Assembly: GCA_965228735.1 (NCBI GenBank)
Contig: OZ245838.1
Location: 576,001-640,000, forward strand
DNA length: 64,000 nucleotides
Direction of reading: 5' to 3'
DNA from: Planctomycetota bacterium
Lineage (GTDB): Bacteria > Planctomycetota > UBA1135 > UBA2386
The translations under genes were made by a program, and so were the position numbers. The notes beneath the pieces are model-generated. The model was not told the DNA's origin and searched no databases. It was given only the letters and a program-made list of their open reading frames with translations. Of the stretch, positions 21,064 through 30,205 are shown piece by piece; the stretch's first letter is position 1, and each line of letters begins with the position of its first letter.

Positions 21064-23166
21064 TCAGAAGGTCAAGACCAGGCCAAGGCCATAGCCATGG
21101 TCGGAGTGATACGAGGTCGAGAAACCCAGGTTCTGCGTGATCGTGTAATCGATGCCGACGAGCCACTCGAATTGCGTATTGGTGTCGTATTCGACGGAGG
21201 TGCCGATCCCAAGACGGTCGGTAAGCTGGAGCCCCTTGTCGAGTGAAAGTCGGAAGTCTCCCCGGCTGTCTACGCTGAGGTTTGACATCACGAGGTAGGG
21301 CAGGCGATAGCGCACGCCCGCGAATGCGCGACTCGTTGCCCCGTCACCATCAGCGTAGCGCCAGCCCAACTCGGTGGCGAAGTTCTGATCGATGTAGCGT
21401 GACCATCCGAAATCGACCTCGATGTTGTCCTCGTGTCCACCGTCTCGGTGGTCGTCGCCGAACGCCGATGGCAGTCCGATGTCCCACCGGGTGAAGAAGT
21501 CGTTCCGCCCCTTCATGAGCATGGCACGGCCCATGGTCATGTGGTTCTGTACCGTTGCATCGAAGAATAGGTAGGCCGGTTCGAGGAGCTTCGGGTCTAC
21601 GGTGGGTTGATACGTCGGATCCTGCTGGTAGCTGAACACGCGGGCCATGCCGGCATCCATGTGGTAGAGCAGGTGGCAGTGGAAGAACCAGTCTCCGCCC
21701 TCTTCGTCGGCGACCCACTCGATCGTGCGCTTGCCCATCGGGGGGACGTCCACGGTGTGCTTGAGCGGGGAGCGTTCGCCCTGCCCGTTGAGCACGCGGA
21801 AGAAGTGACCGTGCAGGTGCAGCGGATGGTGCATCATCGTGTCGTTGATGAGCTGGATGCGCAGCACCTCGCCCTTGCGGACGCGGATCGTCGAGTTCTC
21901 GGCCAAGGTCTCGTTGTCGAAGCCCCACAGATACCGGCGCATGTCGCCGGTGAGGCGCATGGTCAGCTCGCGGACTTCGGTGCCCGGTCCGGCGATGGTA
22001 GTGTCGGAGACTGCACGCAGCAGGCCGTAGGGCGCGAATGGGCGTTCCGCAGTAGCGGCTTCCAGCGCGCGCTTTGGCATCTGGCTTGCGAGCCCCGCGG
22101 CAAGCATCTCGTCCATCACGTATAGGTTCGCCCGCGGCGGGTCGACGGCCTCGATCAGCGGCCCATCCCCCAACAGCATCGAAGCGTGTCCGCTGCCATC
22201 TTGCGCCGTGGCTCGGATCTCGAGCGTGGACCGGGTCTCTGGCATGGTAACCACGACGTCGTACGTCTCCGCCATGCCGATGAGGAGGCGCCGGACCTCG
22301 ACCGGCTCTACGCGAATGCCGTCGCTGCCCACGATCGTCAGGTTGCCTTCGCCAGCGCCGAGGTAGAAGTAGGTCGAGGCCCCGGCGTTAACGATGCGCA
22401 GCAGGACGCGTTCACCCGGGCGGGCATCGAGCTTCAGTGCTCGCTTGCCATTGGCCAGGAACGCGTCGTAGCCCACGTCCGACAAGTCCATCGCCGGCAT
22501 GCGGTCCCCCTCGCGCTCGAAGTAATCCGAAACGGCGCCTCGCCGCCAGGCTCCGAGCAGCGACTGTTGCGTCCCCTTCTTCACCGAATACCACTCGCTG
22601 CCGCGCATCAGCCAGCGCATGACCGTGGTCGGATCATCGTCGGTCCAATCGGCCAGGACGACGACGTGCTCACGATCGAACGCAACATCGGGCTTTCTGG
22701 GTTCGATGACGATCGCACCCTGGACGCCCAGTTGCTCCTGCAGCCCTGTGTGCGAGTGGTACCAATAGGTGCCCGATTGCCGCAGCCGGAACTCGAATGT
22801 GTGTTCGCCGCCAGCAGGGATTGGAGGGGTGGTCAGGTATGGGACTCCGTCCATTTCGTTGGGCACGAGCAGCCCGTGCCAGTGGATCGAAGTCTCCTCG
22901 GATGGTAGCCGGTTCTTGACCGTGATTTGGGCGAGGTCGCCTTCTCTGAATCTCAAGACCGGGCCAGGGGAGGTGCCGTTGACGGTGAGCACGGTAGTCG
23001 CTGTGCCCGCGGGTGCGCCCGGAGTCTCCGCGATTACGAGCTCGTAGCGGACGACGTCCTTGCCCGAGGGAACCTCAGAGCCCGTGGCCTGCGCAGTGCA
23101 CTCTTGGGCTGCCGTAAACATGATGAGTGCAAAGACGGGGAGCAGGCTCCATGGAGGTCGGTTCAT
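21064..23166 (-). CDS. Multicopper oxidase (CopA/PcoA type) with C-terminal beta-rich CopB-like extension
   Basis: HWHG, WYHSH, HPLHLHGH and HCHLLYHM copper motifs; signal peptide; C-terminus ends in ...GLVLTF. Confidence 0.93.
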   Translation of the reverse strand: MNRPPWSLLPVFALIMFTAAQECTAQATGSEVPSGKDVVRYELVIAETPGAPAGTATTVLTVNGTSPGPVLRFREGDLAQITVKNRLPSEETSIHWHGLLVPNEMDGVPYLTTPPIPAGGEHTFEFRLRQSGTYWYHSHTGLQEQLGVQGAIVIEPRKPDVAFDREHVVVLADWTDDDPTTVMRWLMRGSEWYSVKKGTQQSLLGAWRRGAVSDYFEREGDRMPAMDLSDVGYDAFLANGKRALKLDARPGERVLLRIVNAGASTYFYLGAGEGNLTIVGSDGIRVEPVEVRRLLIGMAETYDVVVTMPETRSTLEIRATAQDGSGHASMLLGDGPLIEAVDPPRANLYVMDEMLAAGLASQMPKRALEAATAERPFAPYGLLRAVSDTTIAGPGTEVRELTMRLTGDMRRYLWGFDNETLAENSTIRVRKGEVLRIQLINDTMMHHPLHLHGHFFRVLNGQGERSPLKHTVDVPPMGKRTIEWVADEEGGDWFFHCHLLYHMDAGMARVFSYQQDPTYQPTVDPKLLEPAYLFFDATVQNHMTMGRAMLMKGRNDFFTRWDIGLPSAFGDDHRDGGHEDNIEVDFGWSRYIDQNFATELGWRYADGDGATSRAFAGVRYRLPYLVMSNLSVDSRGDFRLSLDKGLQLTDRLGIGTSVEYDTNTQFEWLVGIDYTITQNLGFSTSYHSDHGYGLGLVLTF

Positions 23167-23346
23167 CAGATGCTGTGCGCGCTCGTTTCGTCACGGGTTC
23201 TTGAGTGACGATGTTGTGGGTAGTGCCGGGAACCACCGAATGACGTCGGGGGGGGGCGGAACACGGGGATCCTAGGTTATTTTCGCGGCGGGCCCGAGGG
23301 CCGTTCCCTGGCGCCAGCTTTCGCTGGGCGCAAGGAGCGGCCAAGG

Positions 23347-24060
23347 CTACTTGCCGTTTCGGGCCTTCGGACGGGACTGTTCGGCGGTCGCCTTGTCAAT
23401 CGTCGAGATGAATGTGGAGGGCGTCTTGTCGAGCTTCTTTGCGCAGCTTGAACAGCAGATGCGGATCAAGCGACCGGCGATGACGACATCCTTTGGTTTC
23501 CCCATGCTGTCCAGGGGCTCGTTGCTGACTACGCACTTCTGCAACGGGTAGCTCTTTCCCTGCGCAGAGCTCACGGCGGCGTCCAGCTGCTTCAGGTACT
23601 TCCCGGGTGACTTCAGCGCTGTTGCCTTCTCCTTCGCATCAGCCAACAGGATGAGCCGGTTGCCGAGGACCAGGTTGACAGGCTTCTTCGGGAGCTTCTT
23701 GCCCGAGACGACCGATTTCGACATCGGGTAGATGGGGCGCTGGTCTGCGATGACCTTCTGGTCGAGCTTGGCCAAGCTGCTGTCGAGGTCCTTCTCAAAG
23801 CTGCCGGTGCAACCACCGCAGCAGAAGCGGACTTCGCGCCCTCGGTAGACCTTCACCAAGGGATCGCCCATGGTTCCTAGCTTCTTGCCGGAAACTGGGC
23901 AGGTGGCGAACGGGTAGGGGTCACCAGTTCTCGAGGTCTTGGTGGTCGGTTTCTGGTGAGGCGCCGGGTGGTCGTGGTGGCCGCCATGCTGCGCGGCCGT
24001 CGGTGCGCTCAGTAGCGCAATCGCAGTTACGGCGCAGATCGCGGAGCGGAGCAATGACAT
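23347..24060 (-). CDS. Exported triple YHS-like repeat protein with His-rich N-terminus
   Basis: Signal peptide; QHGGHHDH; CPVSG...FCCGGC and CVVSN...ICCSSC. Confidence 0.8.
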   Translation of the reverse strand: MSLLRSAICAVTAIALLSAPTAAQHGGHHDHPAPHQKPTTKTSRTGDPYPFATCPVSGKKLGTMGDPLVKVYRGREVRFCCGGCTGSFEKDLDSSLAKLDQKVIADQRPIYPMSKSVVSGKKLPKKPVNLVLGNRLILLADAKEKATALKSPGKYLKQLDAAVSSAQGKSYPLQKCVVSNEPLDSMGKPKDVVIAGRLIRICCSSCAKKLDKTPSTFISTIDKATAEQSRPKARNGK

Positions 24061-24178
24061 CTTGGGTTTCCTTCTTTTGGGCGGGTTTGGATGAGTGCTG
24101 GCGTACATCGCCATCGTGATGTTGGAGCCGTCGCGGCAGCGTTGGGCTGGCGCGCGCAAGGTGATTCCGACCCGCTTC

Positions 24179-24194
24179 AGCAAGGCGCGTGCCG
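24179..24194 (-). promoter_or_regulatory. sigma-54 promoter of the YHS-MCO operon
   Basis: Minus strand CGGCACGCGCCTTGCT. Confidence 0.72.
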
Positions 24195-24282
24195 TCGGAC
24201 GACCAAGGTGAGGTGTGATCCCAGGCGGAAGAAGGAGACTCGATGATGGCGAACAGCCGGTACGGTCACGGGCCTCAACGTC

Positions 24283-24837
24283 ATGACCGATTCCGAAAGC
24301 CATAAGCGACTCTTGATCCTGCTCGCCAGTCGTCGCCAGTTTCTGGCGTTTCTCGAGCGCCGTGTAGCATCGCGGGATGAGGCCGAGGAGATCCTGCAGG
24401 ACGCGTTTGCGCGTGGCGTCGAGCGCGTCGTCGACGTAGGCGAGGAGGGGAACGTCGTTGCCTGGTTCTACCGGATCCTCCGAAATGCCATCGTGGATCG
24501 GCATCGCCGGCGGTCCGAGGGGCACCCAGGCCTAGAGATTGACTCCGACCTCCTCCAGGTAGCTGAGGATGCCGAACGGCAGCGCGACGTCTGCGTCTGC
24601 ATCCAGGGGTTGTTGCCGCTCATCCATCCGGACTATGCAGAGCTTGTCCGGCTCGTAGATCTGGAGGGCCGGTCCGTCGGGGCGGTCGCCAAGGATCGCG
24701 GCGTCAGTGCTGGGAGTGCCCGCGTTCGCCTGCACCGCGCTCGAGCGGCTCTGCGGCGGGAAGTGCAGCTCACCTGTCGCACATGTGCCGAGCACGGCTG
24801 CCTCGACTGCAGTTGCGCGAGGCCGCCGCAGGCCTGA
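24283..24837 (+). CDS. CorE-like metal-sensing ECF sigma factor
   Basis: sigma2 (AEEILQDAF, WFYRILRN) and sigma4 (RVRLHRAR); internal CVC and C-terminal CRTCAEHGCLDCSC as in Myxococcus CorE (ECF44); no adjacent anti-sigma. Confidence 0.88.
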   Translation: MTDSESHKRLLILLASRRQFLAFLERRVASRDEAEEILQDAFARGVERVVDVGEEGNVVAWFYRILRNAIVDRHRRRSEGHPGLEIDSDLLQVAEDAERQRDVCVCIQGLLPLIHPDYAELVRLVDLEGRSVGAVAKDRGVSAGSARVRLHRARAALRREVQLTCRTCAEHGCLDCSCARPPQA

Positions 24838-24861
24838 CGGGGCGTCCTCTGGCACGGTAGG

Positions 24862-24887
24862 TGTAACGTTCGCCCAGTCTGGTCGTC
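24862..24887 (+). promoter_or_regulatory. ECF-type promoter upstream of the Cu ATPase
   Basis: TGTAAC-N16-CGTC, matching the generic ECF AAC/CGT pattern. Confidence 0.65.
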
Positions 24888-24917
24888 AGCGTGGACATGC
24901 AAAGCGAACGGAATCCC

Positions 24918-27182
24918 ATGTCAGATGAATCTCACCACGACGCCCCAGAGGCCAAGACCTGCTGCCATGGGGGCGAGCACGCCAACGCCGACGGGCATGG
25001 TCATGGCCTCCATCCTGCTAGAGGTCACACCGCGGGGGCCGGTCGACCAGCGCCCCCTGACACCTACACGTGTCCCATGCACCCGGAGATCGAGCAGGCA
25101 GGGCCGGGAACCTGCCCCATCTGCGGCATGGCGCTCGAGCCCGTCGATGCGAGCGCTGAGGCGGACGATACCGAGTACCGCGACATGCGGCGCCGCTTCG
25201 TCTGGAGCGCGGTGCTGGCCGTCCCGCTGCTCGTGCTTGCGATGGGGGACATGGTGCTCCCTGGCGCTCCGATCCATGGACTGTTTGGCGGGTTCTCACG
25301 TTGGCTGGAGCTGGCGTTCGCGACGCCGGTGGTGTCCTGGGCGGGCCTACCGCTGTTGGTGCGGGGCTGGGAATCCGTCAGGCGTTGGCAGCTCAACATG
25401 TTCACGCTGATTGGGCTCGGCGTCTCCGTCGCGTACGTCTACAGCGTGCTGGCGCTCGTGGCGCCCGATTGGTTCCCCGAGGGCTTCCGTGGAGCGCACG
25501 GCGTGGCCGTCTACTTCGAGGCCGCCGCGGTGATCGTGGCGCTCGTGCTGCTCGGTCAGGTCATGGAGCTGCGCGCGCGCAGCAGCACCGGCGCCGCGAT
25601 CCGGGCGTTGCTCGATCTGTCGCCGAAGATGACTCGGCGCATCGGCTCCGATGGCGCAGAGGAGGAGGTCGCTGTCGAGTCCGTCCGAAAGGGGGATCGC
25701 CTGCGAGTTCGTCCCGGCGAGGCCGTTCCGGTCGATGCCATCGTCGTCGAGGGCGGCAGCACCGTTGATGAGTCGATGGTCACGGGCGAGCCGGTCCCCG
25801 TGGCCAAGGCGGCGGGCGATCAGGTGATCGGCGGAACGGTCAACACGACGGGGAGCCTCACCATCGAGGCCGAGAAGGTCGGCGGCGAAACGCTGTTAGC
25901 ACAGATCGTCCAGATGGTCGCCGATGCACAGCGAAGCCGAGCACCGATCCAGCGGCTTGCCGATCGTGTCGCCGCCTGGTTCGTTCCCATCGTGGTCGCG
26001 TGTGCGGCGCTCGCGTTCGTCGTCTGGAGCGTTTGGGGGCCGGAGCCCCGCCTCGCCTATGCGCTGCTCAACGCGGTTGCCGTGCTCATCATCGCCTGCC
26101 CGTGCGCGCTCGGCCTGGCGACGCCGATGTCGATCATGGTGGCGACGGGGCGGGGCGCGCAGTTGGGCGTGCTGTTCCGCAACGCACAGGCGATCGAGAG
26201 CCTTCGTGCCATCGACACATTGGTCGTGGACAAGACCGGCACGCTGACGCTCGGACAGCCGAAACTGACTAACGTGCAGGTCGTCAGCGAAGCCGGAGCA
26301 GACGAGTCCGCCGTCTTGCGACTGGCGGCGAGCCTGGAGACGCGCAGCGAACACCCACTCGCGCGCGCCATCGTCGAGGGTGCGAGTGAGCGCGAGATCC
26401 AGTTGTCGGGCGTCGATGGGTTCGAGTCCGTGACGGGCAAGGGCGTCATGGGCCGGGTCGAGCAACAGGATGTCGCCCTTGGCAATCTCGCGTTGATGGA
26501 AAAGATCGGCGTGGCCGCGTCGGACGCGGACCGTACTCGGGCCGCCCGGCTGCAGGGTGACGGGGCCACGGTCATGTTCTTGGCCGCGAGTGGGCAGCTG
26601 ATCGGCATGCTGGCAGTCGCGGACCCGATCAAGGACAGCGCGCCGGAGGCCATCCGCGCCCTGCACGGTGCCGGTCTGCGCGTCGTGATGTTGACCGGCG
26701 ACAACCGGGCAACGGCCGAAGCCGTCGGGCGAGAACTGGGCATCGACGAGGTGATCGCCGATGCTCTGCCCGATCAGAAGCTCGCGACGATCGAGCAACT
26801 CCAGGAAGGCGGCGCCAAGGTGGCGATGGCCGGCGATGGCATCAACGACTCGCCTGCGCTCGCGAAGGCGGACGTGGGCATCGCGATGGGAACAGGAACG
26901 GACGTCGCGATGGAGAGCGCCGCCGTGACGCTCGTCAGGGGCGACCTGCGAGGCATCGTGCGTGCGCGCGAGCTGAGCGCAGCGACGATGCGGAACATCA
27001 AGCAGAACCTCCTGTTCGCGTTTGGCTACAACGCCGCCGGTGTGCCTTTGGCTGCGGGCGTACTGTTTCCGTTCACGGGTTGGCTGTTGAGTCCGATGAT
27101 CGCGGCCGCTGCGATGAGCCTGAGCTCGGTGTCGGTTATCGTCAACGCGCTGCGGCTACGTGCGTTCGGGTCGGCTGGTTGA
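24918..27182 (+). CDS. copA: P1B-1 copper-translocating P-type ATPase
   Basis: His-rich N-terminus; YTCPMHP; TGEP, CPCALG, DKTGT, SEHP, GDGIND, YN and MSLSS motifs. Confidence 0.96.
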   Translation: MSDESHHDAPEAKTCCHGGEHANADGHGHGLHPARGHTAGAGRPAPPDTYTCPMHPEIEQAGPGTCPICGMALEPVDASAEADDTEYRDMRRRFVWSAVLAVPLLVLAMGDMVLPGAPIHGLFGGFSRWLELAFATPVVSWAGLPLLVRGWESVRRWQLNMFTLIGLGVSVAYVYSVLALVAPDWFPEGFRGAHGVAVYFEAAAVIVALVLLGQVMELRARSSTGAAIRALLDLSPKMTRRIGSDGAEEEVAVESVRKGDRLRVRPGEAVPVDAIVVEGGSTVDESMVTGEPVPVAKAAGDQVIGGTVNTTGSLTIEAEKVGGETLLAQIVQMVADAQRSRAPIQRLADRVAAWFVPIVVACAALAFVVWSVWGPEPRLAYALLNAVAVLIIACPCALGLATPMSIMVATGRGAQLGVLFRNAQAIESLRAIDTLVVDKTGTLTLGQPKLTNVQVVSEAGADESAVLRLAASLETRSEHPLARAIVEGASEREIQLSGVDGFESVTGKGVMGRVEQQDVALGNLALMEKIGVAASDADRTRAARLQGDGATVMFLAASGQLIGMLAVADPIKDSAPEAIRALHGAGLRVVMLTGDNRATAEAVGRELGIDEVIADALPDQKLATIEQLQEGGAKVAMAGDGINDSPALAKADVGIAMGTGTDVAMESAAVTLVRGDLRGIVRARELSAATMRNIKQNLLFAFGYNAAGVPLAAGVLFPFTGWLLSPMIAAAAMSLSSVSVIVNALRLRAFGSAG

Positions 27183-27342
27183 TGAGGCCGCGCGCGCTGA
27201 GCCGCCACGCGTGGCGGTGCCCTCGGCCGCCATGTGTTTGGCCGGACAGCGACGGCGCTGACAGGTTTCGTTGCCGGGATGGCCGTGCGAATTGGGCTGT
27301 CCCCGTGGTGGTCGGTGGGCGGTGATCGAGGGTTGCGCGGCG

Positions 27343-27358
27343 AGGCACGCACGTTGCT
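27343..27358 (+). promoter_or_regulatory. sigma-54 promoter
   Basis: AGGCACGCACGTTGCT upstream of the second YHS-repeat gene. Confidence 0.68.
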
Positions 27359-27373
27359 GTCTTTGTGTCGCGA

Positions 27374-28137
27374 TGCGTTGCAATAATGGTTGTCCAGCAC
27401 GCTGGTCTCGGCGGTGCTTCTGGCGCTCGTTCGCACGGTCCCTTTCGGTCTCGGGGGTGGCAATCGTGCTCGCCGTGTTCCTTCTTGCGTGCGCGGCGCC
27501 CCGTGGCTCGGGTGCGGGAGGAGTTCGCAACCGCATTGCGCCGAGTGCGTTTCGAGTCTCTCGGCCTTACTTCAGGATCGGTGACCCCTACCCGTTCGCC
27601 ACCTGCCCAGTTTCAGGTGAGGACTTGGCCGTGACCAAGACTGGGCTCATCAAGTCCTACGGCGGTCGCGAGGTGCGGTTCTGTTGCAGTCAGTGTTCGC
27701 GGTTGTTCGGTCAGGATCTGGTGAGCAGTTTTGCAGAGGTTGACCGGTGGATCGTAGCGGACCAGGAGGGGATCTACGCGATGAGGGATTCAGTCGTGAC
27801 CGGGAGGCAGTTGCCGGCACGCCCCGTCGAGTTCGTCGTAGGCAACCGGCTCGTCAGGGTTGATTCGAGCGACGAGAGGGAGGCCGTCATGAAGGGGCCG
27901 AGCAAGTTCCTCGATGCTCTGAGCAGGGCTGCCGCGCGTTCCCAGGCAGACGGCTACGGCCTCAGTAGCTGCCCCGTGAGTGGTCGTCCGATAGGCCTGC
28001 CTGCGCCCCCGTACCTGGAAGCTGTTGTCGCGGGTCGCCTGATTCGGGTTTGTTGTCCAGACTGCCTTGCGAACATCGATGAGAATCCCGCGAAGTACAT
28101 TGCGGTTGTCGATGCAGCGCGCAAGTCGCCGGGGTAG
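27374..28137 (+). CDS. Triple YHS-like repeat lipoprotein, paralog of 23347-24060
   Basis: LLAC lipobox; GDPYPFATCPVSG identical to the paralog; FCCSQC and VCCPDC. Start uncertain (27374 or later). Confidence 0.75.
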
Positions 28138-28162
28138 CAAGTCATGTGCTAGCTGCTCGGCG

Positions 28163-28177
28163 TGGCATGGTGGTTGC
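28163..28177 (+). promoter_or_regulatory. sigma-54 promoter of the Sec-HMA lipoprotein gene
   Basis: TGGCATGGTGGTTGC, near consensus, about 70 nt before ATG 28249. Confidence 0.78.
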
Positions 28178-28248
28178 GGATGGCCTTGTGCAGCCCTGCG
28201 TTTCGGGCTTGCGTCTCGGTTCATCCAACAACACCCAGAACCCTAATC

Positions 28249-28551
28249 ATGAAGCATCTCTGGATTGCCTGCGCAGTCATCGTCGCGCTGTCATTCGCTG
28301 GCTGCAGCACGGTCAAGCACGACTCTCAGCTCACGTCTACCCAAGTCCACCTTGTCCTGGACAAGACGCCGACTTGAGGCGGTTGTGCCGCCACCGTGCG
28401 TGGTGCCGTGACCAAGCTCCCTGGCGTGTCGGGAATCGAGGTCGAGCCTGGTTCGGCCGATATCGTCGTCAGCCTTGACCCCAATGCGACAACTGTAGAG
28501 CAGTTGCTTGCGGGAATGGACGCCGCTGGGCAGTCGGCAAAGCGCAAGTAG
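28249..28551 (+). CDS. HMA-domain selenolipoprotein (KTPT-U-GGC; in-frame TGA at 28375)
   Basis: MKHLWIACAVIVALSFAGC lipobox; ...VHLVLDKTPT*GGCAATVRGAVTKLPGVSGIEVEPGSADIVVSLDPNATTVEQLLAGMDAAGQSAKRK then TAG; 100 aa with read-through. Confidence 0.85.
28381..28413 (+). promoter_or_regulatory. Putative bacterial SECIS element 3
   Basis: GGTTGTG-C-CGCCAC[CGTGC]GTGGTG-C-CGTGACC; 17 nt lie between the TGA and the loop; the loop shares CGTG with SECIS 1 and 2. Confidence 0.68.
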
Positions 28552-28778
28552 GGGGCCCGCGCAGCGCTGGGGCCGCGAGGTCTCGCCGCTGCGACTGCGG
28601 GGCTACTTACATGCATGTCGCCGCTTTCGGTCCGAAGCCTGATCACTCTGGATTGTGTCGGCGAGACCTCGCCGCTGCGTGAGTCGGCTGGAGTTGCGAG
28701 GCGATAGGGAGCAAGTCATGCCGCGCGGCTGGGATTCATCGGCGGGATGCTGTGCATCCCGGAGCGCTTCCAGGAGGC

Positions 28779-30098
28779 ATGATGAGAAATCGTGAAGTAG
28801 GGTCACAAGGGCTCTTGCGGCGCATTGCGGCTTACGTTCGGAGTCGCCTATGGCTGCAGGTTCTCATAGGGATGGCGCTGGGCGTGGGCGTTGGCTTGGC
28901 CCTCTCCCCCTCGGGAGGTGGTCTCTTTGCGGAGAGCGGCGCGAGACTGATTGCGTGCTGGCTGGCCTTGCCGGGTCATGTCTTCATGGCGCTGATCCAG
29001 ATGATGGTCGTGCCGCTGGTGCTCTCGTCGGTCATCCTGGGGATCGCGTCTGGTGGGTCAGCGGAGTTTCTCAAGCGCGTGGGGCTCCGAGTTCTTCCCT
29101 ACTTCGTAGCGACGACCTGTATCGCGGTGCTGATCGGGATCACCCTTGCTACCCTGATCGGGCCAGGTCACCTCGTCGATGGTGCGTCGTTCGATGGTGT
29201 CACCGATCAGGGGGGCATGCCAGTCGAGACGGGGGCTTCATCAAGACTGTTGCCCGAACGCATTGCAGAGATCATTCCGAGCAATCCGTCGAGCGCTCTT
29301 CTTCACCGAAGCATGCTGCAGTTGGTGGTGTTCGCGATGTTGGTTGGCGTCGCGCTGGTAGGGCTCAGATCCGAGTCCCGCGAACTCCTCATTCGGATTC
29401 TCCAGGCGACGCAGGAGCTTGCACTCAAGGTTGTCGGGTGGGCGATGGCGCTTGCACCAGTTGCGGTTTTTGGGCTCTTGGCGCAAGTGATGACGCGTAC
29501 TGGAGCGAATGCCCTCGCGGGGCTTGGGGCCTACGTGGCGACCGTCCTTCTTGGACTCGTAGCACTGATCGTCGTCTACTCCTTGCTCGTGCGGTGGTTG
29601 GGGAAGCAGGGGCCGTTGCAGTTTCTCGCCCGCATTCGTGATGCGCAGTTGCTTGCGTTCTCCACCTCGAGTTCTGCCGCCGTTATGCCGCTGTCGATGA
29701 AGATCGCAGAGGAAAGCCTGGGGGCGTCACGACCGGTCGTGCAGTTCGTCATTCCGCTTGGAGCGACCGTGAACATGGACGGAACAGCGCTCTATCAGGT
29801 GACTGCTGCCGTATTCATGACCCAGGTGTTTGGTGTGGACCTCAGCCTCGGTGAGATGGCGTTGCTGGCTTGCACGACGATCGGTGCTTCGATTGGATCG
29901 CCGAGCACTCCTGGAGTCGGCATCGTCATCCTGGCATCAGTGCTTCAGGGCATCGGGGTCCCGGCCGGTGGAGTGGCCATGATCTTGGGAGTCGACCGCA
30001 TCCTTGATATGTCGCGAACCGCGGTGAACGTGACGGGAGACTTGGCGGCGACCGTCGTGCTGGAGCGGTTGCTCCAGACTCCGGGACGGCGACATTGA
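28779..30098 (+). CDS. Dicarboxylate/amino acid:cation symporter (DAACS, GltP/TcyP family)
   Basis: AFSTSSSAA, GATVNMDGTALY and GVDRILDMSRTAVNVTGD signatures; AGGAGG RBS. Confidence 0.95.
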   Translation: MMRNREVGSQGLLRRIAAYVRSRLWLQVLIGMALGVGVGLALSPSGGGLFAESGARLIACWLALPGHVFMALIQMMVVPLVLSSVILGIASGGSAEFLKRVGLRVLPYFVATTCIAVLIGITLATLIGPGHLVDGASFDGVTDQGGMPVETGASSRLLPERIAEIIPSNPSSALLHRSMLQLVVFAMLVGVALVGLRSESRELLIRILQATQELALKVVGWAMALAPVAVFGLLAQVMTRTGANALAGLGAYVATVLLGLVALIVVYSLLVRWLGKQGPLQFLARIRDAQLLAFSTSSSAAVMPLSMKIAEESLGASRPVVQFVIPLGATVNMDGTALYQVTAAVFMTQVFGVDLSLGEMALLACTTIGASIGSPSTPGVGIVILASVLQGIGVPAGGVAMILGVDRILDMSRTAVNVTGDLAATVVLERLLQTPGRRH

Positions 30099-30205
30099 CG
30101 TGCGTCGCCTCAGAGGAGGTTCTCGCTTGGGCTCTGTTTCCGCGTTCGGCCCTCCGGTCGCGTTCGAGACTTCCCCTGGGGCGCCGATGTCGGTTGCTTG
30201 TCGGG

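Noticed and set aside
24850..24864. TGGCACGGTAGGTGT as a sigma-54 promoter
   Set aside because: The -12 position is GT rather than GC, and the overlapping ECF-type motif fits better
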